A stretch of 60,732 nt of DNA, filler included, from Hausera hauseri (GCA_046269625.1; 11 parts of 11 records of this genome joined end to end with filler, not necessarily neighbours in it), one strand, 5' to 3'. Numbered from the whole stretch's first letter, positions 34,562 through 47,050 are shown. Notes: generated by a model from the sequence alone, not told the origin. Made by a program: numbers and translations.

Positions 34562-36495
34562 TTAACGCCTTATGATTGTTATAAGTGTGATGTGCTTACC
34601 ATACAGATACTGTTTAAAATGCAGCATAAAGTCTTGTAATGACAAAAGTTCCTTTCTTGTGACGCAGTAGCCTTTCTCAAAAGATGAGAGTGTTCTAGAT
34701 GCATAGGCTACTACCTTTTCTTCATTTCCTATTTTTTGGCTAAGTACTGCTACTATTGCACCAAACGGTGCATCTGTATCCAAAATAAAATCCTTCGTTG
34801 GATCCATGAAGGTTAATTAATTCAATCTCATATACTTCCTTATCCCATTCCACGTAGACTTTTATCTTTTCCAAACAACCATCAGTTTTCGAAAAGGCTC
34901 CAGTCAATATTAGAGCGCACTTCGTTAGCTTATGTTGCCCTATCGCTTTTCAAATCTTTTCACTGCTTACTGACACACTGGATCCACTATCCAACATTTC
35001 TATTCCACTTTACTCCACCACCGTCCGTCTTTCCCCACTATTATTGTTGCATCTCGGTTTTGTAGATTTTCTACGCCAACTCCACTGACGAAATGCTCAC
35101 AGCACAGTTTCTGGTGTTTAAAGTTTCCTGCACGTCGTCTTCATAGGGCGCAATTTCGTCTCCGTGGTCTTCATACATGTCTTCCACACATATCGGGTTT
35201 ACCTCTCAAAATTTGAAACAGTTTCTAAATCCGTGTCCACTTTTCCACATATCAAACATAAGTTGTTTAAAGGGCAGTTTCTTCCAATGTGCCCATGTTT
35301 TCCACCCTTAGATAGCACTTCCTCTTTCGGTGCTGGTAGGTGGTTCACGCGGCAGTATATACTCTAGGTATATACCTGGAGTACAACAAATTGTGTGTGT
35401 GAGATTCAAAAAGTTGAGTAGACATCGCTTAATTCGTGTCGAAATATCTGCCCGACTTATGTTCTCTGACGAAGATCTTAGTAAGACCGAAATATTAGAA
35501 CGTCAAACAAATAACGCTAGACATATCCTTCAACATCATTGTCCTCTAAAAGACATGTATGTATAGTTTATAAACTTGTATGGTGCTCCTAAAGAACCCT
35601 ATTCATAACTAAAACAATATTGTTGTGATTTCGTGCAAAAAGCTGTTTTATCTTGAGAATCTTCATCAAACGCGACTTGATGTTATGCCTTACCGAGGTC
35701 TATACTTAAAAAAATTCTTGAACCGCCTAATGCATCAAATAAGGTCTGCTTTCAAGCATTGGAAATGAATTTTTCTTTGATATTTCATTTAAGTTCCTAA
35801 AATCCAAACACATCGGATTTACCTGTCGTAATTTGAAACAGTTTCTAAATCTGTGTCCACTTTTACCACATATCAAACATAAGTTGTTTAAAGGGCAATT
35901 TCTTCTAACGTACACAAGTTTTCCTCAACAAAATAATCGCCTTTAGATAACACTTCCTCTTTCGGCGCTGGTAACTGTTTTACGTGCGGTAGAGTTTTCT
36001 TGTCCTGAGCAACATTATTGATCATTGACCTCTTTTCGAACCTTTCTTTTCTATAATATTCTGTTCCATTGTTGTGTATGAACGGTCTTCTGTAATATTC
36101 CATGGGTTCCACGTACAGTATCTTTCCGAGGTTTCTGTTGAGAGCCTTTACCGCATCCCGCAGGGATTTTTACTGGCACCACTTCTCTGTACTCCTCTAC
36201 AGTTTGGCTATCCTCCAAAATTTTAGCCTCTTCCCTCGTCTTTTCTACCGCCATTTTTGATTTCAAAACAAACCGATGTCTTAGTACTTTTGAGTTAATT
36301 CGTTTTCTAAGAACTTTTTGAACGAATTCTTCTTTGTTCAACTCGAAAACTGTATCGGTAGTTTGACGCACCCAGATCTTGAAAGTCAAAATTTTTCTCC
36401 TTCTTTTTGACACATGTCCCATTCAATCACGTCATCGAAAGAGTTCACCTTCCTCATACACGTAGTTTTAAACCATATTATGGCCTCTTCGTCCG
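34562..36495 (-). mobile_element. Decayed, rearranged Ty3/Gypsy element (gag CCHC knuckles, RT and RNase H fragments)
   Basis: CLICGKSGHRFRNC; MCLDFRNLN..SIDLGKA*HQV..DKTAF; FILDTDA..AVLSQ..VAYASRTL..YCVTRKELL. The knuckle segment is duplicated (35210-35345 vs 35830-35985). Confidence 0.85.
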
Positions 36496-37220
36496 NNNNN
36501 NNNNNNNNNNNNNNNNNNNNNNNNNNNNNNNNNNNNNNNTTAATTAATTAANNNNNNNNNNNNNNNNNNNNNNNNNNNNNNNNNNNNNNNNNNNNCCAGG
36601 CCGCCGCCACACCCGGGGCACAACATTACCTCCTCCCTCGTGGATGAAATGAAAACTATAAAAGCAAGATAGAAGTGAAATGAAAGGCACCAAGAAAAAA
36701 TGTTTATTTTCGTCACGCTTAGTACGGACAAGATGTTGAATACCTTCTAATAATTTTCCCTACTGTATGTGCTGAATGTTATTTGCTTGTTTTGTTTGTG
36801 TGCGTTGTGTTAGGTTGCAGAGAGGTATATAGCGGGGTAAGATTTTCCAGATCTTTGGATTTAGTGTTTGACGTTGTGTCTGTCGAAGAGAATGAAGATT
36901 ATGAAGGAAAATAAGTCAAAGACAAAGTGGAGGAAGGTAAAGTAGGTTTGAAAGATTGAAGGTCTGAGGAAGATTGAGGAAAGGCATGACGAGAGCTGTC
37001 ATTGTGAAATGAAGAAGAATTAGAACATTGTGCGTTTGACGAAGGTTGAGATAAAGTATCAGGACGGGATTGAAGGCTTAGTGAAGGCTGAGACGAAAAG
37101 TCAAAGAGAGGTTTGTTGTGAGGTGGATTAGAAGGCTTGGTAAAAACATCAAGAAAGGAATTGCTGCAAGGCGAAACAGAATAATCAGGGTTGTCATCGA
37201 TAAAGAATGCTGGTTTGATG

Positions 37221-40200
37221 TTAGTGATGTGCATAGAACATTATCTTCCGTTTGGGCCTAACGTACTGAGGTTGGAACCCATGCGACACTGGATTCTTCA
37301 TCCAGACAAATTGGGTTGTACATAGAGTGTACATAGAGTTGTGATTTAGTATTCTGCAGAAAAAATCGCTATTCAACGCAACAAAGTGCTCCTGCGCTGT
37401 CCGGATTGTTTCGTCAGTGGGTGTTTCATCGCACTCCGCCAACTCCAACAATGTGCGCACTGGTGTACCAAAGAGTGCCTCGGATGGAAAGCAGCCAGTG
37501 GTTATGAATGGGGTGTTCCGCCATCCCAGTAGAATGTAAAGAAGAAAGTTTAGCCAGTATTGATTGGAGTCGGCTAGAATTTTTAGGGAGATTTTCATAG
37601 TACAATGAAAACACTCCAGTAGCCCATTCAACTGAGGATTATAAGGTGTTGTGTGAATATGCTTGATCCCCAGTCGATTTACTAATGATTTGAAAAAATT
37701 CGACTCAAATTGGGGCCTTGATCAGTGATTATGTACTTAGGTGAGCCGAATATGCTGAGCCACGTGCGAATGCAGACATCTGCAATTGTCTCAGTGTTAG
37801 TTGAGTAAAGTGGGATAGCTTCTAGCCATCTAGAAGCACGATCCATCATTGTGAGAATAAATTCATGGCCGTTGTCAGGTGGAAGAGGTCCGACTATGTC
37901 CATGTGGATGGTGTCGAAACGTGATGTGCAGGGAAAATGATAGGGTGACGGCTTGAGGTGTTTTTCATCTTTAAACTTCTGGTATGCCGCACACTCCCTA
38001 ACCCAATCCTGCACATCTGTTCTTACTGATGGCCACATAACTTGGCGTTTAAGAAGGCGATAAGTAGCTTTGGATCCTGGATGATGCAAGGAATAGATAT
38101 TGGTGAATGCAATTTTTTGCAAAGGAGGTGATAGAATAATTTTAATAAACCCAGGATTAGAGGAGTCCAAAGATACTCCATCAATGATTTTGTAAGATTT
38201 GAAGGCGGAGAGAATCAACTCGTCTGGAAGGTTCTTTCGGAGTAACTCATTATTAAAAATGGTTGCAAATGTAACCGAGTCGACGGAACGCGACAATAAA
38301 TCAGCCGCTAAATTGTCAACCCCCGAAATATGTTTTATTTCGAACGCGAACGTTGAGAGATACGAAATCTGTCTCTCTTGACGTGGTGATGGGGATTTCG
38401 TGGTGAGAATATGAAGTAGGGGCTTGTGATCCGTTTGAATGGTGAATGTGCGTGAAATTAGAATATGTTTAAAATGCTTTAATGCTAGGACCACTGCAAT
38501 AAGTTCCATGTCTAAAGTCGAATGGCGTTGTTGGACTTTCGAGATATCTTCTTGAGAAGAATTCAAGAGGTTTATGGGAACCGTCCTTCAATTGATGCAG
38601 TACTGCGCCTGCTGCTATTGTGGAAGCGTCAGTTGTTAAGAAAAGTTCTGAATGTGGATCAGGGTATGCAAGGATTTCCACAGTTCTTAAATTATCCTTG
38701 AGGTGATGGAAAGAATTGACTATGTGGGCAACCCAGTGAATAAACTGTTTCTTTTTACCGGAGCTCAGTGAGGCAAATGGTGTCGTTAGTGTTGAACAGT
38801 GAGGCACGTACTTGCGCACGAAGTGAAGCGTTCCAAGGAAAGCGCGCATTTCTGTTGATGTGCGTGGTAGTTGGACATTTTTGAGTTGAGTGATGCGATC
38901 TTGCTGGGAAGAGTGGCCAGATTGGGTGATAACGTGTCCAAGAAAGTTGATTCTATGTTGAAAAAACAGCATTTAACAAAGTGTACTTAAAGGTTGTTCT
39001 GGTGCAAGCGTTGGAAAGTTATGCGGAAATGTTCGGCATACTCTGGGGGTGATGACGCGATAAGAGTGTCATCTATATATTGAAAAGCAAAGTCTAGTCC
39101 GGCAAAAATTGTATCAATGTGTCTCTGGAATGTCTGTGAGGCACAGCGAAGCCCAAAAGCCATATAGACATTTGAAAAAACCTCGTGGTGTTATTACAGC
39201 CGTTTTCGGTATGTCAGCCGGAGCAACAGGAATTTGGTTATATGCCTTATGAAGATCGATGGACGAAAAAATTGTTTTACCATGCAGTCTTTGCAGGATG
39301 TCGTTGATCATAGGTAATGAATATTCGTCCATGATTGTAATGGTGTTTAGTTGGCCATAGTCACCACAAGGTCTGAAGGTGCCGTTCTTCTTGGGCACGA
39401 CGTGCAATGTTGATGCCCATGGTGATTTGGAACATCCGATGATGCCAGCGTTCTCTAAAGTCTGAAATTCATTAGCAACGGCTTTTCTGCGACGTGTTGA
39501 AAGAGGTCGCACTTTATGCCGAATTGGACGTTGATGAGAGGTAACAATGTGGTGAAATGTGTTGGAGTAATGCTTAAAGAATGGATATTTTTTGAGAGTT
39601 CTTTGGCATTGAGTGGTGACAAATGCTTGAAATTGGATGAGAGTTGGATAAAGGATGATGATGACATGGACACTTTATCATTGGGTACGGTAGTTTTTGA
39701 GATGATGTTGCCCGAAGAGGAAAACTCATTACTCTCAACGCTCGAAATATAGGTATTCGAGGTGTCATAATGTACAAGATTATTTACAAAATTTTTATTT
39801 TTTGAAATTATTTTGATATTCGGTCTTATAAATGAATCGCACGCTGGTGAAATTGAATGTAAAACTGATGAAACTGATAAAATTTTGGAGGAAGGGCTTT
39901 CCATCAAACGATGGTGTCTACAATCGACCAGTAAATTGTAATGTGAAAGAAAGTCTGATCCAAGGATTGGACTTTGCGCACTGGCTATTGTGAATTTCCA
40001 AGAAAAAAGTTCAGAGAAACCTGATATGGAAAAGGAAAGATTTGTTGTGACAATGGTGCGCAATGGTTCACCATTGGCTGTAAATAAGGGTTTTCTGATT
40101 GAAGAAGATTTTTGCGATTCATAAGAAAGAGGAAGAAGTGAGACTACAGCTCCAGTATCAATGAGGAAAGAGATGGAAGAATTTTTAGAAATAATGGTAG
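37221..40200 (-). pseudogene. pol: pol (PR-RT-RH-INT) of the CsRn1-clade element
   Basis: ORF fragments 39455-40063, 39114-39512, 38469-38972, 37682-38566 and 37221-37631 carry consecutive pol motifs. Confidence 0.88.
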
Positions 40201-40293
40201 CTTGCAGTGTGAAGACAGCAAAGAATGCATTACGGCTGTTTAATGAGGCGCTTTAGCCTTGATCAAAAGTTGCCGTGACTTCTGGTGGTGTGG

Positions 40294-40653
40294 TTAGTTT
40301 TTTGATGGCGTTGTTGGGTTTGACTGTGCCGATGAATTGTAAAATTTACAGCCTTGTATGCACTTGCGAGCATTGTCGCGAAATTTATTGTGATAAATGC
40401 AGACGGCCTCGTTTGATATCAATCTTTGATTGTAAAATCTGCATCCTATGCAGCATTTATTTGCGTTTTTCTTATATTTGGAGTGAAAAAAGCAGGTCAG
40501 GCCGCGCATAGGAGAAATGTTGCACGAATAACAACACGATCTTGTGGGGAGCTGTTGATTCTCAGAAAAAAATTTGCATCGCACTGTCATTTGTTTGAGC
40601 TTATCTTTGATGGCTGAAATTGCTTGTCGTAGTGCGACATTCTCTATGTGCAA
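40294..40653 (-). CDS. gag: gag C-terminus with tandem CHCC zinc motifs
   Basis: CFFHSKYKKNANKCCIGC and CIYHNKFRDNARKCIQGC. Confidence 0.75.
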   Translation of the reverse strand: MHIENVALRQAISAIKDKLKQMTVRCKFFSENQQLPTRSCCYSCNISPMRGLTCFFHSKYKKNANKCCIGCRFYNQRLISNEAVCIYHNKFRDNARKCIQGCKFYNSSAQSNPTTPSKN

Positions 40654-40811
40654 TGATTGAAGCTGATTATCAGTGTTTGTTATTGTGTTTTGATTATGTA
40701 TTACTAGCTTTNNNNNNNNNNNNNNNNNNNNNNNNNNNNNNNNNNNNNNNNNNNNTTAATTAATTAANNNNNNNNNNNNNNNNNNNNNNNNNNNNNNNNN
40801 NNNNNNNNNNN

Positions 40812-41850
40812 TCCGAGGACCACGGATTGAAATTCATTAAGAAGCAAATGCTCTCTCGATGCAACGTAGTAATGTATGCCACTAACTATGAAGCATTTTT
40901 TGTGGCAGAGGCCGAAATCACTACCTTCACTTTGGAAACAAAAGACGTAAGAATAGAAGATTATTTAAAGAATAGAGACGACTTCTTCTATTATAAAGGA
41001 CAAATTGGACTAGGAGAATTATATCACAAGATGATTGCAAATGATTGTAAATTGGATATGGAAATCATGAAAACTAAACTGGCCGTAATCTATGCGAATC
41101 CAGAACTAGCATCTCCCTTAATTCCAATGAAAGAAGGTATTTTTGGAAGAGTCACCGGAGAGGTACTGTTGACCTACGAATGCGAAAAACTAAACGTATC
41201 CTTAAATGTGGAAGAAAAACGCTGTATCCAAGAATTGCCAGTCATATATCAAAACGTACCTCGATTGGCTATGCCACTCACTAGAGTCTTACTAGAAAAC
41301 GCGACACAACCAACTATTTTGAAAGAATGCAAAGCAGGGTTAGGCGAACCCATGTTTAAGAGAAGTGAGACAGATTGGGTAAGTCTGCCAAATGGAGGAA
41401 TCATAGCTACACCTAGCAAATTAACCGGAACGAACTTACTAAAAGGTATAACAGACGACAAGTTCGCTGACACCGCGAGTAAAGGGATTTACAGACCAAA
41501 AGAGATTGGAGCTTTTAGACAATTTCTAGCCTTCTCTCGACAGCGTACACATGAGCTAAATAGAGCCATGTCTACGGTGATGGATGACACTCGCTACCAA
41601 GCAAAATTGAAATCCTTACTTGGCGTTAACCATTATCAGAGAGTTACTACAGAAATTTTATATAAGATCTGGGGAAGATTTCTAATTTTCGGACAAGCTG
41701 CATCACGATTTTTAGCCATCTACTTCATGGTACAACTCGTAAAGGCTATAATACAATCTATCATAAATGGATATGAAATATTTACTCTAACCGGATTTTC
41801 GTGTAAAATCTTAACGGCAATCATAACGCCGTTTGGAAAATTTCTGAAAG
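40812..41850 (+). CDS. env: Chuvirus-like envelope glycoprotein (C-terminal ectodomain and TM), N-terminal part of the polyprotein
   Basis: LYHKMIANDC..EGIFGRVTGEVLLTYEC..CIQELPV..PLTRVL..C..W..GIY..IWGRFLIFG + hydrophobic segment + IINGYEIF..GFS follows the conserved motif order of chuvirus/jingchuvirus glycoproteins. Confidence 0.8.
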
Positions 41851-42485
41851 CTTACGAAGAAAACAAATGGAAAAGCGACGTGGAGAGACATGTCGGTTAC
41901 TATAATCGAAAACGGAAGAGAAAATCTATATTTTTTATAAGCCAAAGAAGCACAAAATCTCGGAAAAACAATTCAGATGATGACGAGCCTAAGGGAGGAA
42001 ACGCAGTCTCTAAGATGAGCAATCGTAAGGCGCTTAGGCCGCCTTTACCAATGCTTCCCCCTTCGGCGCCGCAATACGAAGACAGCGACAAGAGATCTAT
42101 TAACTCTTACAGCTCAGACATCTACCGGAAACCCTTCAATTATGAAGATCCCTATGAAGGGACAAAACAATACGGCGTGTTACGGAAAATGTACCGAACC
42201 AGAGAAAAATCCGAATTATGTCGCCAACCGGCAGATGATCGCAAGATAATATATTCTCCAAGGATTTCACGGAATATAGAAACTAAGTCATTAATTTGGG
42301 ATAGTCCACGAATGCAATCTTTCCAAGAACCACTAATCAATACGCCAGATCGAGACAATGAAAACAATGTAACTAATGGATTGTATCCCATTGAAGAGCT
42401 AAGACAAGTAGCCGAGAATAAAGCACCAGAAATTAGTATAAATGGATATAAGATATCCGTCGTTAAACAATCTAAGATAAAAGAA

Positions 42486-43916
42486 GGTAGACCCTTCGCC
42501 AAAATCAGTATTGAGGATTGGGAGGTTTACGCACTAGTAGATACCGGATCAGAAAGATCATTTATAAAGGACAGATCGATACCAAAAACGTTGCGAAATC
42601 AATTGCGACCACCACTTGCAACTGATCCCGGAAGTATAGGAGCTTTCGGACAAGAATCAAGGCCAAAATTCAAATGGAACCCTAACCTAAAAATAATGGG
42701 ACAGAAGTTCCAGCATGAATTCTCTATAATGGAACATTTAACGGACGACGTAGTAATCGGGTGTGATATATTAAGACGTCTGACAAACGTCGCAATAGAT
42801 CTAAATACCTCGAAGTTAATCGAACTCGGACCGATAAAAGGGACTAAAGTCAATAAAGAAAGAGAATCCGGAGAAGTATGGATTCCGGTCGACGAAAACA
42901 TTCCGCCTAGAACGGAATTGTTAATATTTGCACAAATCTGTCAAGACGATGACATACCAGTATATTTCGAACCAAAAGAAACGCTAAACCCGAGTGTAAT
43001 ATTAAGCAATATATTAACCCGAGTAGCATCCGGTCGAATACCTGTAAGAATAGTGAATAATGCTCAAACTCCAGTAAAATTATATGCCAATACTACTCTA
43101 GGACATACTTACAAAGCATCAGCCATAACAGTCGAAGAGAAGCCGTACAAATACGCAGAATTTCCACCGCACGTCGACACAAAGTTTTCGCCAGAAGCTT
43201 ATTGCCAATTTTACGAATTATTATGTCGATATAAATCAATTATTGCAAAAGACGAAGAAGACATAGGCCGAGCAAAGGCATTGAAACTAACGATACCACT
43301 TAAGAAAAAGCCTGAATCCAATGATGAAATTGATCTCGAGGAACAGAAAATGCCAAAATGGTATCCGCCACCGCATTCCCTAAGACCGGAAATAACCAAG
43401 GAAGTAGAACGTATGTTAAAGGCCAATGTAATTCGACCCAGTTTCAGATCATGGTATTCACCTATTCTAATGGTTAAAAAGAAAGGAACTACGAAACATC
43501 GATTTTGTATCGATTATAGAGCATTGAATACACTCATGTTGAAGGACTCTTTCCCTCTACCATCCGTAAAAGAAGCGTTAGATAGACTCTCGGGTGCAAA
43601 ATGGTTCACTACGCTGGACTTACAATCAGGATATTGGCAGGTCGAGATCGAAGATGAGGATCGTTATAAGACCGCGTTTAAGACGCATGACGGCGTATAC
43701 GAATTCAACGTTATGCCATTTGGAATTACCACTGGACCAGCCATATTTACCAGGATGATGAACAAGATGTTAATGGGACTTGAACATGCATTTGCGTACT
43801 TAGATGACGTAATGATTGCATCCAAAGACGAAAAAGAGCATTTAAAGGATATTGAGGACACTCTAATGAGATTAGAACAAGCTGGGTTGAAACTAAACCC
43901 GAAGAAATGTAAATGA
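42486..43916 (+). CDS. pol: Aspartic protease, dUTPase-like spacer domain and reverse transcriptase
   Basis: ALVDTGS (42531), VVIGCDIL; IPPRTE..IPVRIVN..KLYANTTLG; RFCIDYRALN, LDLQSGYWQ, MPFG, YLDD (43797). Confidence 0.95.
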   Translation, partial: GRPFAKISIEDWEVYALVDTGSERSFIKDRSIPKTLRNQLRPPLATDPGSIGAFGQESRPKFKWNPNLKIMGQKFQHEFSIMEHLTDDVVIGCDILRRLTNVAIDLNTSKLIELGPIKGTKVNKERESGEVWIPVDENIPPRTELLIFAQICQDDDIPVYFEPKETLNPSVILSNILTRVASGRIPVRIVNNAQTPVKLYANTTLGHTYKASAITVEEKPYKYAEFPPHVDTKFSPEAYCQFYELLCRYKSIIAKDEEDIGRAKALKLTIPLKKKPESNDEIDLEEQKMPKWYPPPHSLRPEITKEVERMLKANVIRPSFRSWYSPILMVKKKGTTKHRFCIDYRALNTLMLKDSFPLPSVKEALDRLSGAKWFTTLDLQSGYWQVEIEDEDRYKTAFKTHDGVYEFNVMPFGITTGPAIFTRMMNKMLMGLEHAFAYLDDVMIASKDEKEHLKDIEDTLMRLEQAGLKLNPKKCK

Positions 43917-45397
43917 GCTCAAAACGCCGTATCCTACCTTGGTCATATAGTTGGCGAAGGAGGATCAAAACCAGATAAATCATTACTGAACAAAATTTCT
44001 GACTGCATGGAACCGCAGAACCAAAAAGAACTAAGACATTGGTTAGGTCTATGCGGATATTATGCGACCTATGTGCCAGATAACTCAAAAATCAACGCAC
44101 CATTATACCGATTGTTAAAAAAGGGAATAAAATGGAAATGGACCGACGTTGAACAAAAGGCATTCGATGAAATGAAGAAAATATTAACTAGCGAACCAGT
44201 ACTGAGATACCCCGATTTTAACTTACCATTTATTATTAAAACCGACGCAAGCAAAGAAGGTATCGGATATGAACTAGCACAAAAGCGCGAAGACGAAGAA
44301 TTAGAACACCCAATTGCTTATGGAGGACGCTCCCTAAAGAAAGCAGAGAAAAATTACTCAGTGACAGAACTAGAAACTCTAGCAGTAAAAGAAGCACTGA
44401 GACATTTCAACGTATATGTATATGGACAAAGGATAATAATAGTTACCGACCATAAGGCAGTGACAACTCTAAAAGGACGAGCAAATAATCCTACATGTAG
44501 ATTAAATCGGTGGATCGAAGAAATATCAAGATACAATATAGAATTCCAATATAAACCTGGTGCAAAACACGTGGATGCAGATGCATTGTCCAGGTTGAAG
44601 ACAAAGGCAAGTGCCATCATGACAATGAGGAAAAATCAACTTGAAGAACTGATTGATAGACAACGAACTTTAGCATCGGACGGAGCAATCAGAATTTCGA
44701 ATGAACAAAGGACGGACCGAGTTATTCAACAAATCATTGAATATGCCGAAACGGACGTGATGCCGAAGGGACACCAGTTAAAGAAACATTTACAACGATA
44801 TGGACACAAATATTGTGTATCTGAGGACAAAGACAATGAAAAAGTGCTGTACTACCAGCGAAAAGGAAGAAAATTGGTAGTTATACCCAAAATTCTACGA
44901 ACTGAAGTTCTAATGGCCGAACACGATTCGTATCTAGCTGGTCATATGTACTGGAAGAAGACGTTAGAAAGGGCAATGAACAAATATTATTGGCCTAGTA
45001 TATACATTGATGTGAAAAATTGGGTAAGCGCCTGCGAAGTATGTGCAACGAAGCAAAGGAAAATGCGAAATTACATAGCAGAGTTGAAACCGATAGCTGT
45101 ACCGGACAGGCCGATGCAAGCCATGACGATGGACATAGTAGGACCACTGCCCACGACGCACAAAAATAACAAATATATATTAACATGCGTCGATCGTTTA
45201 ACTCACTTCGTAGAGTTAATAGCGTTATATGATCAGAAAGCAAACATTAGCTGAAGCCGTAGTAAGGAAGATTATTTGTAGATACGGACCACCCGATCAG
45301 ATACTAACCGATCGAGGAAGGAATTTCACTAGCGAACTATTCGATAAAATTACGAAAATATTCGAGATCGAGAGATTAACTACAACAGCTTACCATC
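43917..45397 (+). CDS. pol: RT connection, RNase H and integrase (same frame, after the premature stop)
   Basis: YLGHIV, TDAS, YSVTELE, TDHK, ADALSR, HHCC (EHDSYLAGH..CEVC), MDIVGPLP, TDRGRNF. Confidence 0.93.
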
Positions 45398-45658
45398 NNN
45401 NNNNNNNNNNNNNNNNNNNNNNNNNNNNNNNNNNNNNNNNNTTAATTAATTAANNNNNNNNNNNNNNNNNNNNNNNNNNNNNNNNNNNNNNNNNNNNAAA
45501 TCAAACAATCCTTTTCTGCATCACACAAATGAATTTTAATTTATTATTTAAAAATTTTAATTCGTTTTTTTCATAATTTAAAAATATGCCTAATTAAAAC
45601 AATTTCCAAAAAATAAAAACCAATAATATTTCATATAAATAAAAAATCAATAAATAAA

Positions 45659-46369
45659 ATGACCATTTCCATAAAAATCGTAACAAAACATTTTACAATG
45701 TACAAAATCATTTTATTCATTTTACTCATTTCAACTGAAGCCGCAAAATCAACATACCGTTACGAATTGGTCAAAAGTTTTCCATTGACCAAAAACGAAC
45801 CATTTCGATTCAAATTTTTTTTCTCCGATAAAATGGATAAAAGAAATTCCGATTTAATGTTTGTACTTTATTCAAATTGGCCAAACATAGTCGATTATAT
45901 TTTGTGTACAGAACATAAAACTATTCAATTATTCAAATTTGGTAGTAACTACATACGATCAAGGAATTGTGAAAGAACAAATAAATCCATCAATGTTGAT
46001 ATTACATTCAAACATTATGCTGAGGGTATGAGATTGAAAGTGTTCTACATAAATAAAGGATCTGTGACAAATCGCAGGAATTTCATCATGAGTGCAGATT
46101 ATTTCACAAAGAATGAAGTAATTGAATATGACATTTCTCTAATGCATCTAAATGACAAAGTAGAAACTACAATCAATACAACAAAACCATTTGTCAAACA
46201 ACCAAACAATTCCAACACAATTTTATTCATTCCAATAATTGTTGGATGTATTCTGATTGGTGTGCTAATTGCATTGATTATTGTATTGATTATTGTCTGT
46301 ATTTATCGACAGAAGAAAATGATCAACAAAAGTGACGTTCCAGAAATGAAATATTCAATCAATGTATAA
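45659..46369 (+). CDS. Hypothetical type-I membrane protein
   Basis: Intact 236-aa ORF in very AT-rich DNA. Signal-peptide-like MYKIILFILLISTEAA and long C-terminal TM ILFIPIIVGCILIGVLIALIIVLIIVCIY + RQKK. Confidence 0.65.
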   Translation: MTISIKIVTKHFTMYKIILFILLISTEAAKSTYRYELVKSFPLTKNEPFRFKFFFSDKMDKRNSDLMFVLYSNWPNIVDYILCTEHKTIQLFKFGSNYIRSRNCERTNKSINVDITFKHYAEGMRLKVFYINKGSVTNRRNFIMSADYFTKNEVIEYDISLMHLNDKVETTINTTKPFVKQPNNSNTILFIPIIVGCILIGVLIALIIVLIIVCIYRQKKMINKSDVPEMKYSINV

Positions 46370-47050
46370 GAAAAGTTGATCAAGTAATCATGTCAAATGA
46401 AATAACAGAAATTTACATTTTTATATGATTGAAATATATTTTTTGTGAATTTATTCTTTTTTAATTGTTCAATAGTAGATGAAAGTGAGGACATGGTACC
46501 AACGCCTACATTCTAATGAGAGTTTGAATTGATGTGGCCTGGGAATGAGTAATGGGTGAGAGAAAATGATACACGCATGCTCGGTTAATAGGACGGAAAT
46601 AGGAGAAATAGTTTCAGAAGTACAAGCAGCCGTACTGTATGGATTTAAAAAGATTTTAAAAATTTAAATTTCGCACCAAAATTTTATTTGTCTAAATTTC
46701 ATGAAAATGTAATCTAATTGCTCGGTTTGTAATTGGTTGAATTGTTAAGAAACTATAAATAAATTATATTGTGTATATAAAAATAATCATGGAAGTACAA
46801 GGAACAGTTAAGACAATTACAAAATTTTTGATACACTAATATTTTCACAGTTGGCAAGATTGTGGAAAATAGTTAAGAATGACTTAGCTGCAAAAGCAAC
46901 AGATTTATTGATTTAACAAAGATTTAGTAACAGTAAAATGTACATTCACCGATTATATGATGCAAATAATTTTAATACTGTTGAAAAATTACGTGTTGAA
47001 TTAAAGAACGTAAAAAAATAAAGAAAAATGTAATAAAGTATCAGTTTGTG

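Larger units (their letters stand above)
36596..40711 (-). mobile_element. CsRn1-clade Ty3/Gypsy retrotransposon, frameshifted
   Basis: Gag with two Cx2Hx9Cx3C motifs, protease FLIDTGA (about 40150), RT RPCGDY..YIDD (39000-39530), RNase H TDAS..TDHKPL, integrase MDIVGPLP..TDQG. PPT GAGGGAGGAGG (36629-36639) and LTR start TGTTG at 36625. Confidence 0.88.
40812..45397 (+). mobile_element. Ty3/Gypsy internal region with envelope glycoprotein fused upstream of pol
   Basis: One reading frame from the contig start through glycoprotein, protease, RT, RNase H and into integrase. Broken only by a TGA at 43914-43916 and a frameshift near 45245. Confidence 0.92.

Noticed and set aside
43914-43916. Programmed readthrough or alternative genetic code at the TGA inside pol
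   Set aside because: It falls within the RT domain at a plausible Trp codon (KKCK-W-AQ), TGG is used for Trp throughout, and the same copy has an integrase frameshift. Simple decay is more parsimonious.
41249-45243. Numerous antisense ORFs over the Env-Pol frame (and similar ones over other pol and YqaJ genes)
   Set aside because: They are shadow ORFs of the coding strand, mostly with non-ATG starts and no motifs.
46789-47050. BIR domain upstream of the IAP-like RING
   Set aside because: Only faint similarity across broken frames; the zinc ligands cannot be identified.
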